Assembly (NCBI RefSeq): GCF_018977255.1
Contig: NW_024705457.1
Location: 1 to 42,889, forward strand
DNA from: Callorhinchus milii
Lineage: Eukaryota
Direction: 5' to 3'
Length of the DNA: 42,889 nucleotides
Program-made: the position numbers and the translations under genes
Notes under the pieces: generated by a model
The model's database searches: none
What the model saw: only the letters and a program-made list of their open reading frames with translations
What the model was told of the DNA's origin: nothing
Part shown: piece after piece, positions 33,055-42,889 of the stretch
Layout: each line of letters begins with the position of its first letter
How positions within the stretch are numbered: the stretch's first letter is position 1

Positions 33055-35125
33055 TTGTTACGTAGCGACGGTTCCTAATCCGCGGATGCCTTCGTCGTTG
33101 GGATACGCCTGTCTCGTGGCAAGGTTTGCAAGGGTGTTGCAGCCCGTGGGGAGTACTGCGAGGTGTGTGTGTGCCAGGAGATGGCAGTGCTGAGCGAGGC
33201 GCCACGGTTTTCTCCGGATCCTCCTGCTCGCTCCCACACGAGGCCACGCTCTCTGTAATGGAGTGAGCAGGAGCCTCCTGAAGGTTTCTCGAGATTCGGC
33301 GAGGCTTTATTGAGTCTATAATTGGCGTTGTTGATAGACCGGTAAAGGAATGTCAGCATTTAATTGTGAAGACGTTTCAACTGCACTCCATTATTGCGAG
33401 GTCGTCCCCGGTAAATGAGACTTGAGGTCTCAGGTCTCGATGCACTCTCTTGACCTGCCTATGAAAGTCCTAATATTACTCCTGCTACTTCTGGGGACAG
33501 CGTGACCAAATGGAGATGGAGATAATTTATTGGGAGTGTGGCGCTTGACTTTCCCCTAGGTATCAAGTGAAATCACTGCAATCTCCTGGCTCTGAGTCCA
33601 CACCTCGTCACCCCGGGGAACTGCAAATAATTACGAGCCAGTGGCACGCCGTGCGGGATAAAGCGAGCACCTGGTGATGGCTCACGGCAGCCGCCGGGCT
33701 TGAGGTGGGGCAGGGGGCATGCTGGAGGTCAGAACGGGGGGGGGCAGCTTCCCCCTGCAGGGTGCTCTGGTGTGGATTTGTGGTGGTGCAGGGTGATCTC
33801 TATTGGTCTGTGGTAGTGCAGGGTGCCCTGTGGTGGCACATGGTGCTCTGTGTGGGTCTGTGAGGGTGCAGGAGGCTGTTGGTGCAGGGTGCTCTGTGGG
33901 TCTGTGAGGCTGCAGGATGCTCTGTCGTAGTGCAGGGTGCATTATGATCACACGTGGAGGAGGTGAGACCCTATCTGCGCCGGGGGTTCAGGGCAGGGAC
34001 CCGGGGAGGCTCCAAGGCTGCAGGGAGCCGGCTCCCCGCTCGGCACGTGCCATCGGTAATTTAGCGCCGATAGCATCGCTGGCCTGGGCGTTCTGTTCAG
34101 TTATTGTCCTGTAGGTGTAGCACTACGCCTTCGGCAAAGCCACACCACCTGATGCACTTTATCTGGACCCCACACTCCCCCTGGGACTCCACCATAGCAC
34201 ATTGTCCCGGGCGGGGAGAGGGGGATTCTAACTTTACACGGTGTCCGTGGGCGGTGCGCTATGAGGGCGACTTTAGTGTCCCTGGGTGGGTCCTGAGCGT
34301 GGCGCATTGTCGCAAGTGGCCCTGAGGGTGGCACAGTGTTCATGGGGGACCCTGAGCTGAGACATTGTCCCTGGGTGATGGACCCTGAGGGTGACACACT
34401 GTCCCTGGGAGCCCCGAGGTGACGCATTATCCCTGGCTTGGCTCTGAAATAACAGTGTCCCTGGGTGCGCCCCGAGGGTGAAACTCTGTCCCTCGGTGCG
34501 CCCCGAGGGAACAGTGTCCCTGGCTTGGCCCTGAGGTGGCACTGTTCCTGGGTTGGCCCTGAGGGTGACGCGTTATCCTTGGCTTGGCTCTGAAATAACA
34601 GTGTCCCTGGGTGCGACATGAGGGTGAACTCTGTCCCTAGGTGCGCCCCGTGGGAACAGTGTCCCTGGCTTGGCCCTGAGGTGGCACTGTTCTTTGGTTG
34701 GCCCTGAGGGTGACGCATTATCCTTGGCTTGGCTCTGAAATAACAGTGTCCCTGGGTGCGACATGAGGGTGGCACACTGTCCCTGGGTGCGACCTGAGAA
34801 TGGCAGATTAGTTCCCGAGACCCAGAGGCGACACAATATCCCTGGGTTGGCTCTGAGGTGGCACGCCGACTTTGGGTACAGCTGTACGGTTGCCACCTTT
34901 TCCACAAACCAAACGCAGCCCGGTTCTTTCTTGCAAAACAATGCAAGTATCTTGCAATGAAGGTCAACACGGTTAGGCCAATCCCCAGGCTGTCCGGGCC
35001 AAACCCGGGCAGGTCAAACCAGGTCAAACCCGGGAAGGTCAAACAGGTCAAAACCCTGACAGGTGGCAGCCCTAGTTGGCCCTGAGATGGCATCGGGTCC
35101 CAAGTGCCCGTATGATGTGGCACAT
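33055..35125 (-). mobile_element. Possible non-coding LTR-type element containing the minisatellite
   Basis: Starts TGTTAC; minus-strand AATAAA near 33306; CTCCACCA near 34187-34194 gives minus-strand TGGTGGAG, a tRNA-Ala PBS-like string. No matching second LTR was seen. Confidence 0.25.
34270..34870. repeat. Minisatellite of about 29-bp units with a 145-146-bp higher-order period
   Basis: Units like (CAG)TGTCCCTGG(G/C)TTGGCCCTGAGG(G)TG; marker CTCTGAAATAACAGTG at 34442, 34588 and 34733. Confidence 0.85.
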
Positions 35126-36039
35126 TGTCCTTCTGGGATGGCAGAGTGTTTGTGGTGGTGGGGGGGGGGGCAAAACTTCACAAGAGCCCCCTCCCCCCCA
35201 AGCTACCCCCACCCCCGTGTAACTTTAGCTTCCTTTTTCATAGTTTGTTGATTTTTGACGTCGAAGCTGATTTTGAACAACGGTACTGTGTATAAATAAC
35301 AATAATAACCAAGGTGTTTCCTCACGTTTTGAGTGACGTTCAAATAAAACTGTTGGTTGTTACGAGCGGTGCTGTTTTGTCGTGTTCATTACTGTCCGAC
35401 GGAGCCATTGGCACCTCCGATTTGCACGGTTGGCTACGTACGGTGCTAAAAAAGTTCTACATACAGTACAGCCCTGCTCAGCCAATAGTGGAATGTCCAC
35501 GTCCCTATGGCCGGGTAGAGTCCATCCATAGGGCAACCACTTTTGACTTCTACACAAAAAGCTTAGAATTGATAAATATATCATCATCATCATTACGTCT
35601 GGCGGGATTATTTAGCCATAGCAATTCACTGGTGAATGAGGATCGGAAAAGTGAGGGAACATAGAAGCACAGCACAACAATGGTTGTTAGAGTACTGCCC
35701 CTGCCTCTACTGCTCACCACGTGATGTGAAGTGGACCAGTAAATAATTTCATCTTTAACCTTTTTACCCGTGCAGACATGAAAAATCACGACAACATCCC
35801 ATATAACTGGTAGGAACCTCCTGGTTACACCAGCCCACAGGGGATTATTGTGTCCGTCCGTCGTGCATCCAAAAATGGGAGTGGTGGGGCTGGGTGGAGA
35901 GGGAAGGGTGGGGAGGGGCTGGGTGGGGAGGGTGGGGCTGGGTGGGGGGTGGGAGTCGTGGGGCTGGGTGAGGAGGGACTGGTCACCCCTTGGTGCCCTT
36001 ATAAAACTCAACGTTTAACCTACTCACTCCGGCTTGTGC

Positions 36040-36430
36040 CGGGGGGGGGGGGGGGGTCAGACATTAGTGACGATGTGTGACGAGGGGGGGGGTGAGAAAT
36101 GTGACGTCACATCAAAATGTGCAACCTTAAATAAATATATACAACACGTTCTAGTTAATTAAATAGTTCTAGTTAATTAAAGCTACTGAATTAAATAGAC
36201 TTTTTAATAAATGTTTTCTCCTACAACATCAGAGTGCAGCGCCACATTAAATACGCACTACAATGACAATAGTTTAAAGCGATTTGAAGCATGTTTTATA
36301 TTTGGGGGGGGCAGAGCTTTGTGACGTCATATTTAAGGGGGGGGGTCTGACTTTTTGTGACGCAGTGTGACTAGGGGGAGGGGGGTGAAAAATCGTCCAA
36401 AATCGCGTGACGTCATTTATGGACGGCCCC
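36040..36430. mobile_element. Harbinger-like MITE remnant (right end intact)
   Basis: Ends ...GCGTGACGTCATTTATGGACGGCCCC, the GGGGCCGTCCATAAATGACGTCAC-type terminus. It has internal subterminal repeats gggggggtc.gac.tt.gtgacg...tgtgac..ggggg. Confidence 0.6.
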
Positions 36431-36541
36431 AAACACAAGAGAGACCCCAGAAAAAAAGTTCAGTGGAGCCCCCCCTCGGCAAGACCCCATCTGCGTGGCC
36501 GTAGCCATGGCAACGGTGAGCGCGTGCAGCCTGGTGGGGGA

Positions 36542-36600
36542 GGGGCGTGGCGGGCGGGGCGGGCGGGCGGGGCCTCCCGCGCGGTGACGTAACCGTCACA
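36542..36600 (+). promoter_or_regulatory. CDC42EP promoter: clustered Sp/KLF GC boxes and an ATF/CRE-like site
   Basis: GGGGCGTGGCGGGCGGGGCGGGCGGGCGGGGC at about 36542-36573, TGACGTAA at 36585-36592, CpG island. Confidence 0.65.
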
Positions 36601-36619
36601 GTAGCCCCGCCCACTCAAA

Positions 36620-36820
36620 CTGTTATCCCTCCGCGGTGGTGGAGCCCCTGCGCCGAGTTACCGCCCTGCAGCGAACGCCGCCGCCGCCGCCTCCGCCGCC
36701 GCTCTGCGTGTTCGCCCCCCGTCGGTCCACGGCTGCGACGAGAAGGTCGGTGGACGAGGTGGACGAGGTGGTTGGTGGACGACGAGGAGGACGAGGAGGA
36801 GAAGCACGGTCGGGACGAGG
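36620..36820 (+). other. CDC42EP non-coding exon 1 (start approximate)
   Basis: GCC-repeat-rich leader ending in a strong donor GAGG|GTGAGT at 36820/36821. A matching acceptor ttttctgcag| at 39490/39491 precedes the CDS-containing exon. Confidence 0.65.
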
Positions 36821-37055
36821 GTGAGTGGAGTTGCGAGGATAACGGAGGAGCCGAGGCGAGCGCCTCTGCGCCCTTTCACGAGTCGCCGTCTCTGGCTGCC
36901 ACACTTTTTGTAACACGACGATTTGTAACATCACTCGTAACATTACCGCCAAGACAATACAGCAAAGTCTTCGCTGTTCCTCCACGCTGCATTCACCACT
37001 CGCCAATGCACTCGGCCGCTTCAAGGCTCAACGCTTACGATGACGACTTCGCCAC

Positions 37056-37479
37056 TAAGGGCTGAACGATTTGAGGTAAATCATCTTAATTGCGGTTTGA
37101 TTTGCGATTAAATGTGTTTAAAGTCACGCTTCAGTTCAATGTTAACTGTGTGATGGATTTAAAACATTTTATACGGAGCATTAACACATGATTCCATCAA
37201 AATATGAACTGCTCTATATATTCAAATGCAAAGATGATAACTTAAAATATATTAATTGCTTCCAACGTGTATTTATTAAAATGTTTTAATTGCAATATAA
37301 CAAACAAACATAGAACAATTGTTAAGGTAAATAAATAAAGTTACAATAATAAAATAATAAAACAATTCCGATAAGAAAGTAACAGGACTTTTAAAATCGC
37401 AAAAAAATCTCAGCCTTTGCTATTTGCTAATCGCATTGTTTCTGATTTCGATTTGAAATCGATTAATCGTTCACCGCAA
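37056..37479. mobile_element. hAT-like MITE in CDC42EP intron 1
   Basis: Left end TAAGGGCTGAACGATT, right end AATCGATTAATCGTTCACCGC; AT-rich interior with CGATT/AATCG subterminal motifs. Confidence 0.55.
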
Positions 37480-38299
37480 CAGCGAGTTCAGCTTCAGTTT
37501 TCATGTATTAGGTATATCCCTTGAATCGGGTGCAACCGTAACAAACAACAAACAAAAACATGAACAAGAAAACATCTTAAAGTGAAATTTCGATTTAAAG
37601 CTTTCGTGACTGCAGGGATTCATTTTCTTGGTTATTTCGGTAAAGTCACGTAGAAGGGAAATGATTAAATAATAAAATAACAAAACATAACACAACGCAA
37701 GCAGCCGTCCTTGCACATGGCTAGCTCGTATTGTGTCAACCCATACGGTTTACCCCGTATTCTTGCCCAGGCAAATTGAGTTTTCAAGTCCATACAGCGT
37801 ACATCCGTTTCAATACGGGCAACAAACAAATTGTTTTGACTATCTGTTTGTGTTTCTCCCTTGTGATGGGATCTTTGTAGGATGAACGTTGAGATTTATA
37901 AGGAGCGCGGGGTGACCAATAAGGTCTGAATTTGTCCGTAATAAGTTAGGCGCTGATAAGGAGTTGACAGGTATGCAAGCTTGTCACACGCATTGTTACG
38001 CTTACCATTCATTCTACAAGTGTCAAGTTCGTTGTGTTTAACCAGGCAGGTACAGGAAGTCAAGAAACCAGGACCGGGTCTCATTTACAACACTGGCAGC
38101 TACTAACACGACTGGATTAAGCTCACTGGCACACTCACTATACCACACACACACAACTCCACTCGCTAGCACACAACGACACTTGCTACGAGTAACATTC
38201 ACCATCATTACACCACGTACTCCCGCGGCTACACTGTCACACTACAATTCACACTCGGCATCCTCATCAGGAATCCGCTCCCTACGTCACTGCAGTCCA

Positions 38300-38620
38300 G
38301 TTTAATCAACATCATCGGTAACTTTACAACCACCACTGCTATCATCATCATCATCGGCAGCAGCAGCTTCACAACCACCACTATCATCAGCAGCATCTTG
38401 CCAACAACCACTGTCCTCATCAGCAGCAGCAGCTTTACAACCACCACTACCATCAGCAGCAGCTTTGCAACCACTGCTATCATATGCACTACAGTACGTT
38501 AGTAAGTAGCTTTACAATCATCACTGCTATCATCATCAAGAGTAGCTTTAGAACCATCACTGCTATCAATCATCGGCAGGAGCGTCATAACCACCGCTGC
38601 TTTCATCCTCATCAAGCGGG
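38300..38620. repeat. (ATC)/(AGC)/(ACC) compound simple repeat
   Basis: Recurring ACAACCACCACT(GCT)ATCATCAGCAGCAGCTTT units. Confidence 0.75.
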
Positions 38621-40060
38621 AATGATGAAGATGATATGCTGCTCTATTTCAATGAGACCACAGATGTTCAGTCGTGATCTTACATCAACACCCGGTCCCC
38701 AGAAGAACGTGGAGTAATCTTACATCATCTTCACCTCATCATCAACACCCATCATCATCACCATCCCCTCACCCACACCTCACATCCCCCCCCCCTCCGC
38801 CAATCTCTTCCGCTCTCACCCTAATCCATCATGTCCTCACCCACTCCTCCCTTTGACCTCATCCCTTCATCTACATGCCATCTTCTCCCCTCATCCCATC
38901 TCCTCCGTCTCCCCTCCTCCCCTCGCACGACCCCCGCTGGGCCCTGGTTGCCGAGAGACCGTGGCCACTGCTGCTTGAAGATTTCGAGGCCCTGGCGCCG
39001 GAGGGAGGAGGGTGCCCAGAGATAAACCTCCCCCACCCCCAGCCAGACATCACCACGGGAAGACCCCACGATGAGCCATGTGGAGTAGGATGCCAAGCAG
39101 GAGGGGCTCACTGGGATACCAGGCTTGCTTGGTTAATGTGTAACCTGGTAATTGGTTTAGCCGCGCGTGTAAAAGCTCCCAGGTTGAGTCGTATTCACGA
39201 GAGATCTTATCTTTTATGGCAATAACAGTAATAGTATTACTACTACTAGGCTTGTTTACTCACGAATGCCTCACTGAGCCTCAAGACTTTTCTCAGGAGG
39301 GTCCTGGTAACGAACGTAACTTGCGAGTCCTTTTAAAAGTTTTGCAAAATTACAGTGTGACAGCCAGCATGGCGAAGCAGTATTTTATGGTTAATGCACC
39401 CGCATGAGCTGTTTCTGAGGTTGCGTCAATTGCACGCGAGGTCTTTATCTAACAGGGTTTTTGTTTTGCATTCTTGTTCGTTTTCTGCAGCCGCTGCGCT
39501 GACATTGCCGTCGTCTGAAACCTTCGACGGCGTCGCACCGCCGGAGAGATAAACTGCCCACCCCCCGCGAAAGCCAGCGCCACACACAACCGCTTCCTGT
39601 CACGACGACGAGCGGCGGGTGTGCGATCGCGTGCCCGCTGACGGGAGGCCCGAGCGCGGCGGTTGACACAGCGCTCTCCCCGCAATGGTCTCGGCTGCCA
39701 CCACCTCTGCCGCTGCCGCCGCCGTGTGCCACAACCCCCGGGACCGTGACGCACCGTGGGGAAAAAGCACCCTCTGCAGCCAGCGCCACCGTCGTCCCCA
39801 CTCGCGCCCCCCGACTCCGCCACCTGGCTCTGATTTCCTGGAATGTAAACTTCGAGTTCAGGAGGAAGTTACTGGCTGACTTTCAGCACGATAGACATCC
39901 CGGTGCTGGGCACGTGTTACGGGTGGGTTCTTGTGGTGGTGGTGGTGGGGGGGGGAGAGGTGGTGGCGGTGCGGATAATCACGGGAGGTGACCGCGGTGC
40001 GTTTGTCGTAGCCGCGCTTCAGCCGGCCGAAACTTCCGACGCTGAAACCTTGAAGCGGCC

Positions 40061-41239
40061 ATGCCGATCCGAAGGTCGTTCGCTCCGGGCACTGCCCAGC
40101 CGAACAAGCGGCACTCGCGCTTGGACCTCACCCCGGACATGATCAGCGGGCCCATGGGTGACTTCCGGCACACGATGCACGTGGGCCGCGGCGGGGACGC
40201 GTTCGGCGACACGTCCTTCCTCAAATCCGACTCGAAGGCGCCGGACGAGGCTCCCCCACCCCCGCCCGACGCCGTTCCTCCGCTCCCTCCGGGGGGCACG
40301 CGTACCTGGGCGGCGGTACCCGAGGGGGACGAGCGCGAGCAGCAGCCGGCACTGCCGCCTCAGCCACCGCCACCCAAGAAGGAGAGCTTCCTGGCGCGGA
40401 CGCTGCGCGCGAGCAAGCGGTCGCTGTCGGCCAGCCGGCGGAGCAGCCGCGCCTGCTCACCGGCGCCGTCACGCCCCCTCTCCCAGAGCGGATCGCTCCC
40501 CCAGCTGCAGCAGCAGGACACGGGCGAGGGCGTCGGCGGCGTTGGCGGCGCCGAAGACCGCGGCGCCGGAGGCCCGGGCGTCCGCGCGAGCCTCACGCGC
40601 AGCGAGTCGGCCGAGGGGCCCCCGTCCCAGCCCATGTTCCCCGTGAAGCAGAGGCCACCGCTCGTGGGCCAGCGGCTGCGCCCGTCGCACACCGACGGCG
40701 GAGGCGGCGCGGGCGGCTCGGGCCCCGTCAGGGCCGACCACCGCATCTTCGGCGAGGGCGGCGGCGGCAGCAGGGCGAACGGCGTTGCACGGGGCGGCTC
40801 GGTTCCCGACAGCCCCCCGCCGATGCTGAAGCACGCCGAGTCGGTGCTGTCCTTCCACGTGGACCTGGGCCCCTCCATGCTGGGGGACGTCCTCGGCGTC
40901 ATGGAGAACGAGAAGTTCTTCCACGGCGGTGGCGGCGGTAGCTGCTGCGACGACGACGACGAGCCGCCTCTTCAAATCGACGAGAACCTGGAGTTTCTCG
41001 CACGGAAGACGACGCGGTCGTGGGGCTCTTGTCCGAGCCTTTGGCCCCACGCTGGGAGGGCAGGTTCGGGGGCGGCGGCCACGCGATCTCGGGGGCGGAA
41101 GCCGGCGCAGGGCCCAAAGAGGACGATGAGGACGACGACGACGACAGCTCATCGCGGCCTCCGTCGACTCGGTGCTGCTGTCGCCCACCACCGTCCGCAC
41201 CCAGGTGTTTGGCGACACGGATGATGAAATCCCGTGTAG
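40061..41239 (+). CDS. CDC42EP4: CDC42 effector protein (BORG family), CDC42EP4-like; single coding exon with three apparent 1-nt deletions after about 41000
   Basis: Basic lead-in KRHSRLDLTPDM, CRIB ISGPMGDFRHTMHVG, BH1 GGDAFGDTSFL, BH3 (septin-binding) HAESVLSFHVDLGPSMLGDVLGVME. After frame corrections the tail is acidic and ends GDTDDEI(P/R)V*, like the family C-terminus. The paralog number is tentative. Confidence 0.88.
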
Positions 41240-42889
41240 GAACGCACAAGCGGCCTCCGCGTTCCAGCTGTAAAGGTTTACCCGGCCGAGGAAGAGAGAG
41301 AGGGAGGGAGAGCACACACTACTTGACTGTTTTCTACCAAATGCGCATATTGTCGAGGAGAGAGAGGACCGTTGAGTTTTAACGAGGGCTTTTTTTTTTA
41401 CACTCCCATTAATATTTGTTTTTATTTTCCACTGATTCTTTGTGATGCTGTGCACCAAGGGATCCGAGTCGTTGGTGTAAAAAAAACAACAACAAAGCGA
41501 CTGAAAGGGGTGCTCGTGAGATTGGGCAGCGCCATCGCTGCACAGGACGTTGGGTGGCGGTTTGCGGCGACCATTGTTCTAAACTTGACGTTTTAAGGTT
41601 TTTGATTCGGGCCGTTAAACCAAATGAAACGAGGCGCGGTGGCAGCCAATCGGTCACAAAGCGCGCCCCCCCCTGCCCCCAGCACTCCACCCCATCCCGT
41701 TCCGTCTTTCTCGTGTGCGCGCCGTCCCCAGCGCTGCACGCTGTCCGGTCTCGTCACGCCGGGAGGGACGGGGCGGAAGACATCGCGCTGATGGTGTGTG
41801 CGTGTGTGTGGAGCGTCGTCGTCGTAGCAGTGCAAGCGCGCTCCGCGATTTGCCGTGACGCGCTGCTCCATAAATCACGCGGAGCGGAGCGGTCGGAGGC
41901 GCTCGAGCGCGTCATGACGGTGCGGGCAGGGGGGGCGATTTACGGCAGGTGCGCGAGAGATTCAAAAACCGCAGTTTGTCACTTTGCTTTTATCTGTAAG
42001 TCAACGGACGACATGTGGCAGATAAATTGCTTTCGCTCACTTAGCGGGGGACGTTTGATTTAAATGTTTCTCTTTTATTCTTTTTGTCCCCTTAAGGGGC
42101 GTGAGCTGTCTTCCGTGTCCCGTTGGGCATGATGACGGCCCGCCCTCGCCCCTTGCCTCGTGTCAATTGGCGACTCGGATACTTTTCAGCCATTCCTGCG
42201 AAATCAAAACGTAAACCGTGTGACCAGGGTACAGCTTCTCTAACGAAGTTGCGTTCCACTTAGGGCTAATTCTTTTTTAAGTACTCGGCGTGAGGAAGCT
42301 CGCCCATTGGTAGCTGCCTGACTGGGGGTTAGGCATGGGGGGGGGGGTGTTAAGCGTTTTGTTATAAGTGCCCCCTTAAAGTGGCGCCGCGTGAATGAGC
42401 GGTGCTAGAGCGGCCCACTCTAGACGGCACAGTGCACGTCGTCAACTCAAGACGGCACAGTGCGCGTCGTGTTGATGTGCCAACCGTGGGAACGCTGTCC
42501 TGGCTTGGCGGCAGCTGGCGCTGCTCGACGGCAACAACAACAACCTCTGGGGTGTTTTGTGAGGTTTTTCTTTATTCTTCTCGTGTTGTGTTCAAGTTCG
42601 TGAAATCGCCACGACAAGCCGAGTCGGGAGATGTTCATCCTGGACCTAAGACGGAACTTTAGGGTGCGGTGGCTGAGGCTCCAGTATCACGGCCACGCTG
42701 AGACGGCTGTGCGTTGATACGTGCGGTTCAGCGAGCGCGCCTGAACATGCAGTGCTTCCTCGGTAGCCTAGAACAACGGGCGTCGGGATCGACAAGCCTG
42801 TCGACCGGCACGATGTCCCGGTGTGCGATCAAGTAGGCGTTGGTTAGTGTAGCGCTGCGCGTTGTGAACTCTTAACTACCTAGTGTTTT

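Noticed and set aside
34101..35123. 340-aa minus-strand ORF
   Set aside because: It is a translation of the GC-rich minisatellite with no recognisable domain.
36547..37065. 172-aa ORF at the CDC42EP promoter
   Set aside because: It has a non-ATG start, crosses a strong splice donor at 36821 and is low complexity; it is better explained as 5' UTR exon plus intron.
40360..41458. Long minus-strand ORFs opposite CDC42EP
   Set aside because: These are antisense shadows of a GC-rich CDS.

Overview
Eukaryotic (vertebrate-type, spliced) genomic DNA. The very GC3-rich codons and the repeat types suggest a lamprey/cyclostome genome (inference). Three genes are readable. (1) A complete 14-exon transketolase gene (TKT family, + strand, 167-15383, about 626 aa), with a GC-AG intron 7 and two apparent 1-nt homopolymer deletions. 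(2) A minus-strand 'mini-cadherin' (32390-21718): a signal-peptide exon can splice in frame directly onto the classical-cadherin exon encoding the second half of EC5 plus the TM helix, followed by the p120-binding juxtamembrane exon and a Pro/Cys/His-rich tail. No EC1-EC4 exons are recognisable in between. (3) A CDC42EP/BORG gene (CDC42EP4-like, CDS 40061-41239) with a non-coding first exon, a GC-box promoter preceded by a MITE carrying three perfect CRE sites, and three apparent 1-nt deletions near its 3' end. Introns and intergenic DNA hold a solo LTR, RTE-LINE fragments, tRNA-derived SINEs, hAT- and Harbinger-like MITEs, Penelope-like remnants (one with a minimal hammerhead ribozyme motif), a TSD-flanked palindrome with 123-bp arms, a 24-bp minisatellite of CTCF-like sites, a 146-bp higher-order minisatellite, and an orphan plus-strand coding-like exon inside the cadherin intron.
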